In this document: positions 10,445-22,152 of the stretch, one piece after another
How the letters are laid out: each line of letters begins with the position of its first letter
Numbering within the stretch: the stretch's first letter is position 1
Source of the DNA: Octopus sinensis
Taxonomy: Eukaryota
Assembly (NCBI RefSeq): GCF_006345805.1
Contig: NW_021827526.1
Location: 1-38,545 of the forward strand
Direction: 5' to 3'
DNA length: 38,545 nt
Position numbers and translations under genes: made by a program
Notes under the pieces: model-generated
What the model was told of the DNA's origin: nothing
The model's database searches: none
Seen by the model: the letters and a program-made list of their open reading frames with translations, nothing else

Positions 10445-10683
10445 CTGGTGAAAATCCTCGGAGTTTCTTTTTCGGCAACCGGCAGCTCCTCGGTCGTTCT
10501 GTCCCTGCATCTGCGGACAATCTGCGGCGAACAGGATGTCTCTACATGCGGGATTGTTGGGGATCGCTCGTGAAATTCATATTCCCACGAAACTTCTTCC
10601 ACCGCCATGGTTCGAGATGCCTCGAGGGTGGTGGAAGAAGCCGACTCAACCCTCACAGAGTGAATGTCGCCACAAGTACAATT
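10286..10683 (+). mobile_element. Bipartite non-autonomous RTE-derived retroelement (5' UTR plus 3' end)
   Basis: TSD AAGCAAGCACWTWACT (10270-10285 / 10684-10699, 14/16 identical). RTE 5'UTR-like GAGCTATGCCG...GGTAGGGCCACCCAAGGCGG. The 3' end (VRDASRVVEEADSTLTE*, GTGAATG..CAAGTACAA) aligns with the RTE LINE end at 32540-32614. Confidence 0.85.
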
Positions 10684-11145
10684 AAGCAAGCACTTAACTA
10701 TAGTGATAGAATTAATTTTTATATCATGTATAATCAACAGTAGTATATTCTTCTGCACAAACGGCTGTATTAGTAAAACTCAATATAGTTACAATACAGT
10801 TTGTAGTTAGAATACATCGAGTAAAGCAAACAGTGGTAAACACACATTGTTATTCTCTTCGCACATAGAAAAATAATGCAATTGCCTTGATATGCTTCAT
10901 GGTTCGTTGACCACTCATCAGGAGAGAGACACGCTTTCCTTTACCTACGAAATGCATCTTCAAAGCAATCGCTAGTTTAAACCCAGGTTAAAACTGAGTC
11001 AACATAAGACCAGAGATGTTTCAATACGCTGCTTCATGTTTTCTTCCAGACGATGTGCATCTGAGCCCTCAATTAACAATGTGCCGTTGTTTTTAAATAC
11101 AGTGTTATAAGTTTAAAATACAGTTTTAAATACAGTGTTATAAGT

Positions 11146-11447
11146 TTAAAGCTCAACGAGGCTCCGGCAGGAGGTAGTGGCGACCCCTGTTGTACTCTTT
11201 CGCTTCAACTTTCTCTCACTCTTTCTTCCTGTTTCTTGTCCCCGACTTCCTACGCAACCGCTGAGCCTCGATGCGCAATCATCCATCCGTCGATGCTCTC
11301 GGTGTCGGGGAGGTTGACCTGCTTTCTCTTCTGCGGGTCTTACGAATAGCAAAGGACCACGTTTCGGACTTCTCCCATCTTGCGAGCTCTGGAACGAAGA
11401 CCGTTTGCTCAACAGCAACAGCAACAGCAGCAACAGCAGCAGCAGCA
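11146..11447 (+). mobile_element. 5'-truncated family B SINE with a third, structured tail ending in (CAG/CAA)n
   Basis: AAAGCTCAACGAGGCTCCGGCAGG...CTTTCTCTCACTCTTTCTTCCTG matches the family B middle; the downstream sequence differs from the other copies. Confidence 0.75.
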
Positions 11448-11559
11448 GTTACCAGGGTGTGGCTGAGAATGATCTCGGAGCCAACTCTGAGAGTCAGGTT
11501 GGAACCAGTGTACCCGTCCATCCTTAAGGATGCTGTTACCGAAAACTAAGGCATTATTT

Positions 11560-11755
11560 CCATCCGAACACCTGAGTTGAGAGAGGGCGAAAGAGAGACA
11601 GAAAAAATGTTGGTTTAACAATATAAAGGACTGGACTGGTCACAACACAGCGAACTTGCTACGCATGAGAGAGAGCAGAAACGAGTGGCGACGGCTGACG
11701 AGGAAAGCGTCTTCAGTGGGACCTCAATAACTGGTTGCATCAGTTAAGGATTCTT
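11560..11755 (+). mobile_element. RTE/BovB-type LINE 3' end fragment
   Basis: Translates as RQKKCWFNNIKDWTGHNTANLLRMRESRNEWRRLTRKASSVGPQ*, a typical RTE ORF C-terminus. Confidence 0.75.
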
Positions 11756-11913
11756 GTTACCTCCTTTTGCTTCTTTCAGTCATTTGACTGGGGCCATGCT
11801 GGAGCAACGCCATTATTAATGAAGATAATTTTAGATAAGTTACATGAAAATAAGTTACATGAAGATACGTTTCCAAAACGCCTCCGACAACTTAATGGAT
11901 CCTTGATATAATT

Positions 11914-12096
11914 TCTCTTTTACTCTTTTACCTGTTTCAGTCATTTGACTGCGGCCATGCTGGAGGACAGCCTATAGTCGAACAAATTGACCCCAGGACT
12001 TATTATTTGTAAGCCTAGTACTCATTCTATCGGTCTCTTTCGCCGAATCGCTAAGTTACGGTTGTCAAGCGATGCTGGGGGAACAAACACACACAA

Positions 12097-12151
<55 letters not shown>

Positions 12152-12345
12152 ATTATATATATATATATATATACATATATACGACGGGCTTATTTCAGTT
12201 TCCGTCTACCAAATCCACTCACAAGGCTTTGGTCGGCCCGAGGCTATAGTAGAAGACACTTGCTCGAGGTGCCACGCAGTGGGAGTGAACCCGGAACCAT
12301 ATGGTTCGTAAGCAAGTTACTTACCACACAGCCACTCCTACGCCT
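11914..12345 (-). mobile_element. Family A SINE, near full length
   Basis: Head AGGCGTAGGAGTGGCTGTGTGG, central microsatellite, tail AAATGACTGAAACAGGTAAAAGAG. Confidence 0.92.
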
Positions 12346-12545
12346 ATATTTCTTTTTACTTTGGTAGTTAGGGGTTGACTTGCACACTTAATCGCTTCAG
12401 TGACGATCGTACCTGTGCCTTTTGGTTGTAAATTGCAAATAGCCACCTTATATGTGTGTGTATGTATGTATATATGTATGCATTTAGGTGTGTCTGTATA
12501 TATTTATATATTTTATGCGTGTGTATTAGTATATATATATATAGC

Positions 12546-12578
<33 letters not shown>

Positions 12579-12585
12579 AATGACT

Positions 12586-12758
12586 GTAGAAGTGGCTGTG
12601 TAGTAAATAGCTTGCTTACCAACCACATGGTTCTGGGTTCAGTCCCACTTGGGAAAGTGTCTCCTGCTATAGCCTCGGGCTGACCAAAGCCTTGTGAGTG
12701 GATTTGGTAGACGGAAACCTAAAGACGCCCGTCGTATATATGTATATATACACATATA

Positions 12759-12794
<36 letters not shown>

Positions 12795-13028
12795 TGTATG
12801 TATGTATGTATGCTTGTTTGTGTGTCTGTGTTTGTTCCCCCATCATCGCTTGACAACCGATGCTGCTATGTTTACGTCCCTGTAATTTAGCGGTTCGGCA
12901 AAGAGAGACCGGTAGAATAAGTACTAGGCTTACAAGGAGTAAGTCCTGGGGGTCGACTTACGCGACTAAAAGGCGGTGCTCCAGCATGGCCGCAGTCAAA
13001 TGACTGGAACAAGTAAAAGAGTAAAAGA
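12586..13028 (+). mobile_element. Family A SINE, near full length
   Basis: GTGGCTGTGTAG / GGTTCAGTCCC head; tail ends (GTAAAAGA)2. Confidence 0.92.
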
Positions 13029-13089
13029 TTATGTTCATATACATACACGGATATGTTATAATTATGGCTGCATAGATGCTTGTAAAGAT

Positions 13090-13156
<67 letters not shown>

Positions 13157-13742
13157 CAGAGAAATCTACGTATATACATGTATGTATATAGGTAGGTTTC
13201 CATGCAGTCCAATAAATATATACACCCCCTGTGCAGCTGTTTTTATATCATCTCTCTATTATATCAGTAAAACCGGAAATGACGGAAACATCAGCTGAAA
13301 GTACATTGAAGACGGCGGCCATATTGCGTCTCGAGGGAATGTGATATATATGTGAAGTAGACTCAGCAGAACTAAAGCGTTGTGTTCCAGCAACCGGATC
13401 CCGGTGGTTTGGACCGGCACACTTGGGAGATGCAAACCAGTCGAGGCTTGCTTCCCAAATAACTGTGTTCACCAAGAAAGAGAGAGAGAGTGTGTGAGAG
13501 AAAAAGAAGAGGGAAGAGGGAGAAATATGAAAGTATAACTTACGTGACAGGTGTATATAATAGCCGTATAGGGATTTCGATGATGTATATAATAGCTGTT
13601 TAGGGACTTGAGTAGGGTATATATTATACGTTCTGAACAATCTCTATTTCTTTATCAGCCCGTAGGTTTCGATGTAATACATACATATACACTTATGGGA
13701 GTGTGTATGCGAGTATATTTATATGTATGTATGCACGCATGA

Positions 13743-13787
<45 letters not shown>

Positions 13788-14159
13788 GGATGGATGTATA
13801 CACACATAGAGAGAGTTTCATATATACATGTATTCAGAAAGAGAGGGAGAGAAAGAGGGAGAGAGTGGAGGAAGATTAGAACCTTAGATATTCCCAATTC
13901 TCAGTAATGTATATAAAACAGGTGCGTGTTTATCAGCTAGGTGTCCATAGCAATCCTACAATGGCAAATTAAGTATGTAGATTTGAAATGTGTTGTGGAG
14001 AGGGTGTGTATAAAGATTGTATAGTGTATAGCATGGTAAATACAATTGCTCATAGCAATTGTATTACATAATATATTAGCGTGTTGGTTTTAATAGGCAC
14101 TCGCACACACACCAGAAAAACAAATAAAACACTAATACTTCATGATAAAAATAATAATA

Positions 14160-14450
14160 ATGCTTTCTGCTAAAGGCACAAAGCCTGAAACGATCCTGCT
14201 AGCTCACCGCCTTAAAATAATAATAACAATAATTCTTTCTACTATAGGCACAAAGCTTGAAATTTGGTGGGAGGGGATAGTTGATTACATCGACTCCAGT
14301 ACACAACTGGTATTTAGTTTATTGGCCCCCGAAAGGAAAAAAAAGCAAAGTCGACCTCGGTGGAATTTGAACTCAGGCCGTACGCACGAACGAAATGACG
14401 CGAAGCATTTTGCCTGGCGTGCTAATGACTCAGCCAGCTCGCCGCCTTAA
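14160..14450 (-). mobile_element. Degenerate family C SINE (type II tail, partly duplicated)
   Basis: CCAGCTCGCCGCCTT head end, GGAATTTGAACTC B box, TAGGCACAAAGC tail. Confidence 0.75.
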
Positions 14451-14595
14451 TAATGGACAGCAAAGTTTGTCTCTTAGGGGCAGTAAGGATCATCAAGAGG
14501 GTTCGCAACACTCGGGAGGCTGCTGAAAACTTGTGGATACCCACATAAATCTTACCAGAAATAAAACCAAACCTGAGCCAAACCAAAATATCAAT

Positions 14596-14961
14596 AACAG
14601 GAACACTCAGAGAGCGCAAACCTCCGCCAAAGCAACACCAACGTCCTCTCAACGTTTAGCCGGAGATGATTTTTAAAATGAGAATATCTGAAATAAACTC
14701 GACTGCTCTCACAAATGATAATAATAAAAAGGAACCCGACCGTTCTCAAAACGTAAACCGGAAAAATCATCCAGAATCCTTGTCCGGTCCTGGATCGATC
14801 CCAAAATCCAATCCATTCGTGCCAGTGATGAGGCCAAACATCCCTGAAAGTTACATTCGAATCCATCCAGCGGTTCTTGAGATATTTTATCCACAGACAA
14901 ACAAACAACAAACAAACGCAACTGAAAAACAATATCACCGCATTCACTAAGGCGGAGGTAA
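14596..14961 (-). mobile_element. Non-autonomous Helentron-type (HINE/DINE-1-like) element
   Basis: Subterminal inverted repeats ACCTCCGCC (14620-14628) / GGCGGAGGT (14951-14959); terminal hairpin ACACTC-aga-GAGCGC; internal (ACAA)n; TT ends; no TSD. Confidence 0.75.
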
Positions 14962-15015
14962 TATAATAATAATAATAATACTAATAATAATGATAGTTCA
15001 GACAATGATAGTCAT

Positions 15016-15240
15016 AAAAATGAACCAGACCGCTCTCAAAAATTAAGTAAAAAAAAAACAGGAAAAATAATCCAGAATCCTAGTCCGGTAGTGGATCGAT
15101 CCCAAAACCTAAGCAGTTCGTGCCAGTCACGAGGCCAATCATCCCTGAAAGTTTCATCCGAGTCCATCCAGCAGTTCTTGAGATATCTTGCCCACGGATA
15201 AACAAACAAACACGACTGAAAACAATACCTCCGCCTTAGC

Positions 15241-15242
<2 letters not shown>
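15016..15242 (-). mobile_element. Second, partial, diverged copy of the Helentron-type element
   Basis: Collinear with 14725-14945 (ATCCAGAATCCT..GGATCGATCCCAAAA..CATCCCTGAAAGTT..ACAAACAAAC). Confidence 0.8.
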
Positions 15243-15302
<60 letters not shown>

Positions 15303-15378
15303 TAATAATATAAATGATGATGATGATGATGATGATGATGATAATAATAATAATAACAACAACAACAACAACAATAAC
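15243..15378. repeat. (TAA)n/(TGA)n/(CAA)n microsatellite
   Basis: Direct reading. Confidence 0.95.
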
Positions 15379-15576
15379 GAAGAGAAGGAAAGTAGTGGAT
15401 AATATTCACCTAGTTCATGATCTGTATTATAGCCTAAAGAAACCAAGGAAAAAGCTTACCTCACTGCGATTTGAAACCAAAACATAAGGAGCCAAAAGGG
15501 ACTGTATCCGACGATCTAACGACTCTGAATTGTTCGTGTATAACCTAGATATACGTAATTCCATCACCTTAATATT

Positions 15577-16201
15577 CTTTTCTACTCTAGCCACAAGGCC
15601 CGAAATTTTGGGGGAGGGAGCCAGTCGTTAAGATCGACCTCTGTATGCAACTAGTACTAAATTTATCGACCCCGAAAGGATGAAAAGCAAAGTCGACCTC
15701 GGCGGAATTTGAACTCAGAACATAAAGACAGACGAAATACCTATTTCTTTACTACCCACAAGGGGCTAAACACAGAGGGGACAAACAAGGACAGACAAAC
15801 GGATTAAGTCGATTATATCGACCCTAGTACGTAACAGGTACTTAATTTATCGACCCCGAAAGGATGAAAGACAAAGTCGACCTTGGCGGAATTTGAACTC
15901 AAAACGTAGCGGCAGACGAAATACCGCTAAGAATTTCGCCTGGCGTGCTAACGTTTCTGCCAGCTCACCGCCTTAAAATATTCTCATCTACTCTAGGCAC
16001 AAGGACCGAAAGTTTTGGGAAGGGGACCAGTCGATAAGATCGACCCCAGTACGCAACTGGTACTTAATTTATCAGCCCCGAAAGGATGAAAGGCAAAGTC
16101 GACCTCGGCGGAATTTGAACTCACAACGTAGCGGCAGACGAAATACCGCTAAGCATTTCGCCCGGCGTGCTAACGTTTCTGCCATTTTGCCGCCTTGTAT
16201 A
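15577..16201 (-). mobile_element. Family C SINE trimer flanked by one TSD
   Basis: Three units with alternating tail types; perfect 11 bp TSD ACCTTAATATT (15566-15576 / 16202-16212). Confidence 0.9.
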
Positions 16202-16516
16202 ACCTTAATATTATACTGGCAAAGATAAAGAAACACTGTGAGCTACAAAATGTTTTTCAACGTTACATAATGAGTCACAAATACTATAATGTCTCGTATA
16301 TTATTTGGGTTGTAAATCAAATATAGTTGAAATATGATAAAACTATTATCGCCAAAAATACAATACAAGGAACGCTGTTGCATATCTACTAAAATTAATA
16401 TTTAGACATTGGTATAAAATATACCAAAGTATTTTTATTTTCCTGTATACATTCTTGTCTGTCTATCGATTTGTGCTGTATATAAGTGTGGAACAATACA
16501 AATTTTCAGGTATGTG

Positions 16517-16559
<43 letters not shown>

Positions 16560-16989
16560 TAATGTGATACTCCTATTGGGGCATGTTTGGGAATTTTCTG
16601 GTTAAGTTTTATTCTGATACTGTATTCTATGAAAAATATATATATTCGTTCTCAATGGTCTTCAACAAGAACTGTGTATGAATGTAATTAGGGAAGGTGC
16701 CTGTATATACATATATAGGTGTGTGTGTGTGTGTATGTATATATATATATATATATATGTGTATGTGTGTGTGTGTATGTATACTCACACATATATATAT
16801 ATGTATCTATGTATGCACATATACATATATATATCTAATACATATGCATATACATATATACGCATTTTCATATACACACATATATATATATATAAACACA
16901 TGTATTTGCATATATATTTACATACGCAAATATTCATATAAGCACACGCATACAGATATTTGTTTACAAAGATATTTAGACATGCAAAT

Positions 16990-17021
<32 letters not shown>

Positions 17022-17534
17022 GTTATACATATACATATAATATATGTCATATATATATATGAGTGTATAAATATGCATGTATGTATATAGATGTATTTAT
17101 CTGAATATATGTGTTTCAATATATATCTATATACATACATATATCTATAACCCAATATGAGTATGCTTTTGTGTCATAGGTGCGTATATACATTAATATA
17201 TGTTTGTGTATATATACACACACACATACACACACATTAATGTTTGTGCGTGTATACCTTAAATTAGGCAAATCCTTCGATTGCCCTTCCCACCTGAACG
17301 AACCGACACATCTCCCTAAAGATGAAACCTCCCCTTTTTTTACCTGTCCACCCACGCATATATCATTAGAGAAAAAACAAATCAGCCGCCCAGGGAAAAA
17401 GGGTAGTCTTTGGCTGTGGTGCACCCGAACTTCATAGCTGTTGCCACCCTTAATTGTGTAGCTGTGAACCCGCGTCCATATATGGATCTAAAGGCAGACA
17501 GACCAAGATGTACTTCTAACGAAATGTTTGCTGG

Positions 17535-17575
<41 letters not shown>

Positions 17576-17604
17576 TATATATATACTATATATACATATA
17601 TTGC

Positions 17605-17645
<41 letters not shown>

Positions 17646-18024
17646 TATAATATATATATATATTTATATTTATATATACAGGGTACCTAAACAATGCGTA
17701 CTTTCACGAAAATATAGTGTGTGTATATAAATTGTATATACAAATGTGCTTGTGCGCGTGTGGCGTGTGTGAGTGTGCGTGTGTGTGTGTGTATGTGTGT
17801 GTGTGGTGTGTGTGTGTAATGTGTGTGTGTGTATGTGTGTATGCATTTACGCATAACTACCTCAAATGTATGCTGTGACCATGTCGTTGATGTTACTGTA
17901 TCACCTGTATGTGCATGTGAGTGAACGTGTGTGTGTGTGTGTGTGTGTGTGTGCATTCTATACATCTCTTCATGTATGGGTATAGTTATACACACACATA
18001 CACATACACCACACACACACACAC

Positions 18025-18072
<48 letters not shown>

Positions 18073-18398
18073 CTATGAACGCCTGTTCATACATATATAT
18101 TGAGAGAGATTTTTGTATGTTATATGTATATATACTAAATATATATATATATATATATATATACTATTATGTATGTGTGTGTGTGTGTGTGTATGTATGT
18201 ATGCATATTATATAGATATATATATCGCAGAGTGTGTGTCTGCTTATATCTACATATATGTGTGTGCGTGCTTATGTGTATGTATACCCGTATGTGTTTG
18301 TTCATGTATGTATATATGTATATTTGTAAGTATGGCTGTATTGATGAAAGATTGGATGGGTATATATAGATGCGCATGTGTAACTGTTTGCGTAAGAT

Positions 18399-18585
<187 letters not shown>

Positions 18586-18933
18586 TACACACATACGTAC
18601 ATATATTATAATCTTTATGTGTGTATTTATGTCTGTGTATTTATATATGCCTATACATGTTTTTATCATAGTTAAATGGATAGATGTGTACGTATGTAGG
18701 AATGCATGGATGTATGTGTGCTTGTGTGTATGTGTGTATGCATATATGTATATACGCGCATGTGTTTAGCATGCGTGTGATAAAGTGTGTGTGTCCGTAT
18801 ACATAAAGCGCAAAGCATAAAACGCAACGCCATTCTGTATTGGTATACGTCTTTGGAAGTGTCTGTACTTCAACTAGAGTATAAGCGTTATTGCATAACT
18901 GAACATTCTGGTACGCCATTATGCGTTTAAACG

Positions 18934-19311
18934 TGGCATTCCGTCGGTCATGACGACGACGGTTCCAGTTGATCCGATCAACGGAACAGCTTGCTCGTGA
19001 AATTAACGTGCAAGTGGCTGAGCACTCCATAGATACGTGTACCCTTAATGTAGTTCTCGGGGAGATTCGGCGTGACGCAGAGTGGGACAAGGCTGGCCCT
19101 TTGAACTACAGGTACAACAGAAACGGGAAGAAAGAGTAAAAGAAAGTTGTGGTGAAAGAGTACAGCAGGGATCACTACCACCCCTTGCCGGAGCCACGTG
19201 AAGCTTTAGGTGTTTCCACTCAATAAACACAACGCCCTGTCTAGGAATTGAAACCGCGATCCTACGACCGCGAGTCTGCTTACCTAACCACTGGGCCATT
19301 GTGCCTCCACG
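18934..19311 (-). mobile_element. Family B SINE carrying the tail shared with 1468-1950
   Basis: Head GGAGGCACAATGGCCCAGTGG, B box GTTTCAATTCC; TSD TGCGTTTAWACG (18922-18933 / 19312-19323). Confidence 0.9.
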
Positions 19312-19844
19312 TGCGTTTATACGTGAGCTATGTCTGTGTGTTCTTGCTTTGATGTGAGTATGTGTGAGTGTGTGTGTGTATGTGTGTGTGTGTGTGTGAG
19401 TGTGTGTGTGTGTCTGTCTAAATATGTATATGTGTGCGTGTACCGTTATATGCTTTGTGAGTCGAGATGATTGGTTGTGATTAACGAAGAGTACATGTGT
19501 TCGTGTGTAAACGTGTGTGTAAACGTGTATGTGTGTGCATGTGTACATGTGTGTATGTGTGTATGTGTTCCGTATGCTTTTCTCAGGTCATGGCTCTGTG
19601 CGCATGCGGATGCAGATTAAAACTACAATGCATACTATGAGTGTGAAGACATATATATTAGTGTGTGCGTGTGTATGTGTATGAGTGTGTAGTATGTATG
19701 TATGTATATGTATATATGTATGCATGTATGTATATACACATATATATGTATATATATATATATACATATGTTTATATGTATGTCTGTCTGTCTATATGTA
19801 TATATATAATATATATGTATATATATAACGTGTATATATATACG

Positions 19845-19896
<52 letters not shown>

Positions 19897-20548
19897 GTAT
19901 ATATATATATTGATAAATGTGTGTGTATATGTATATATATGCATGTGTGTGAATATATGTATGGAAGTATGTGTATATGCATGCTTGTACACACGCACAT
20001 ATATACTTATATGTGTGTGTATGCGTGTGTGTGTGATGAATGTCTGTACACAAATACATATGGCGTCTATATACGTACTTATGCATACATATATATGCAT
20101 GGATATGCATATATATGTATGTATGTCTGTCAGAGACACACATGCACAAACACACACATGTAAGTAGCGTATACTACATGTGTTCGTACGTCTTCCTGTG
20201 CGCATACGGGTATATACACCTCCTAGGGTACCGCTACATCTCTTGTACAGGGTAGTGTTTGACACCGGAAGTTCAACATTTCTCGTCTGCATGCTTTCAA
20301 TTCTCTTAGTCAGGTCTTCCATTCTGTTGCTTAGAGTTTCGTTGCTAACTGCAACTATTTGTTGTTTTTTTTTTGTTGTTTTTGTAGCCGTTGTTTGTGT
20401 TTTAGTTATTATAGATGTTGTTGTTGTTGTTGTTGTCGTTGTTGCTGCTGCTGCTGCTACTACCGCTGCTGTTCCTGTTGTTTTTGAAGTCGGTGTTAAG
20501 TGTTGTAGCTGTTGGTTCTATTGTTGCTGTTGTTGTTGTTTTTGTCGT

Positions 20549-20600
<52 letters not shown>

Positions 20601-20940
20601 TGAATTGATGGTGGTGGTGGTGGTGGTGGTGGTGGCGGTGGTGGTGGTGTTACCGCTGCCTGCAGCCCCAGTTCAACCCCTATCAAACAAGCATGTGATG
20701 AAATGCATTCCATCCGTGACCATCTTGTCTTTCTTTTTCCTGTGTGCCGGGAACTCGTGTTACGATGGCGGCGGCGGCGGTGGTGGTGGTAATGGTGGTG
20801 GTGGTGGTGGTGGTCTTGGATGTAGTGGTGGATGTAGTGGTAGTGATGATGGTGGTGGTGATGGTGGTGGTATGGTGGTAGTGGTGGTGGTGGTGGTGAT
20901 GGTGGTGGTGATGGTGGTAGTGGTGGTGGTGGTGGTGGTG
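20549..20940. repeat. (TAG)n and (GGT)n/(GGC)n low-complexity tracts
   Basis: Direct reading. Confidence 0.9.
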
Positions 20941-21415
20941 TGCTTGCGTTGTTATCGATGAGCCCTAGATCAGTACTAATTGATAAGGTGTGTGTGTGTG
21001 TGTGTCCAAAACGGTTCCAGCTGTGACCATCCCGTATGGATATCTAAGTACACATGATTATATGTAGGCGGAATCTGAGATGGGTGTCGGCTGCTATTTC
21101 TAGGCAATCAAGCGACCGCATTGCGACTTCTTTCTTTGTTCGATGCTGCTGTTATTGTTTAACCCTAGGTCGGACCTGACAGGTCAAGCCTACGATCGGG
21201 GGTGTTCTAACCATGAAACTCCACCCATGTATTTTTCAGGCTGTGTATTAAAGACTACAGTTTTCAATATGTCCGTCCCTTTTTGGAGAATATAAGAGAT
21301 AGAGAGAGGGGGAGAAGGAGAGATAGAGAGAAGGGAGAGAGAGGGGAGAGAGGGGGAGAGAGAGGGGAGAGAGAAGGGGGGCGTTTGATTGCTATTTCTT
21401 GGAAGCCAAGTGAGC
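20670..21415 (-). mobile_element. Cluster of old, degenerate SINE-tail-like fragments
   Basis: Recurrent TTCCA.C.GTGACCATC, CCCTAG.TC.G and GCTATTTCT motifs (a similar motif lies at ~595-625); boundaries approximate. Confidence 0.4.
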
Positions 21416-21772
21416 ACTTACAGGCTTTTCCGTTCACACGTGCCTCACACTGCTTCATATCATTGTGTGTGTGTGTGTGTATGTGTGTGTGTGTGTGTGT
21501 GTGAGTGTATGCATGTGTTAGCAGAAAGCTCTAGGATGCCAGCAACGTTGATAGACAAAGAGTCTATCGCGAACCAGCAACCGGATCACGAGCTCTCGCT
21601 TTGAAGGTTATGCGTTTGCAATCCAGGAAAAACACCGATCGTTTGTGTGTGTGTGTATGTGTGTGTGTGTTTGTGTATGTGTGTGTGTGTGTGAGTGTGC
21701 TTATTTATGTATGTATGTATGTATATATGCATACATATATACATATATATATGTATATATATATGTATATAT

Positions 21773-21960
21773 TGATAGAAATGGTAAGATAACAAAAGAA
21801 TGAAAGAGACCTCGATATTATGTAAATAGAGGAATTAATCTGTAAGTATAATATGTGGCAATTATTTGGTAGCCTTGATAAAACTCCGAGTTTCGGATGC
21901 CGAGGTGGAAATCCACGCCGGCATCTCTTCAGTTATCCGGCCATCGGAAAAAATGGTAGC
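21773..21960 (-). mobile_element. Short Penelope-like fragment in (TA)n carrying a hammerhead
   Basis: Complex block between (TA)n tracts; hammerhead at 21877-21937. Confidence 0.65.
21877..21937 (-). ncRNA. Type I hammerhead ribozyme motif
   Basis: GAUAA-CUGAAGA-GAUGCCG..GUGG(auuu)CCAC..CGGCAUC-C-GAA-ACUC-G-GAGU-U|UUAUC; perfect 5 bp stem I and 7 bp stem II. Confidence 0.75.
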
Positions 21961-21984
21961 ATATATATATATATATATATATAT

Positions 21985-22152
21985 GATCGATGATCGGCTT
22001 GCAACAAAGTTTCTGTCCGTCAAATTCACTCTTGAGACATTGATCGATACAGGGCTTTCATACAACTCACGTACGCAAGGTGCCAAGCAGTGGGACTGAA
22101 CCCGAGCCCAAGTGATGTCAAATCAAACGTTTTAATCACAAAGTCACGCCTG
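21985..22152 (-). mobile_element. Degenerate family A SINE head
   Basis: CAAGGTGCCAAGCAGTGGGACTGAACCC motif. Confidence 0.65.

Noticed and set aside
11091-11150. ~27 bp direct repeat TTTTAAATACAGTGTTATAAGTTTAAA as a TSD
   Set aside because: The two copies are nearly adjacent with no element between them; this is a local tandem duplication.
13387-13400. 14 bp exact match CCAGCAACCGGATC with 21574-21587
   Set aside because: A few 14-mer matches are expected by chance in 38.5 kb, and the flanks do not align.
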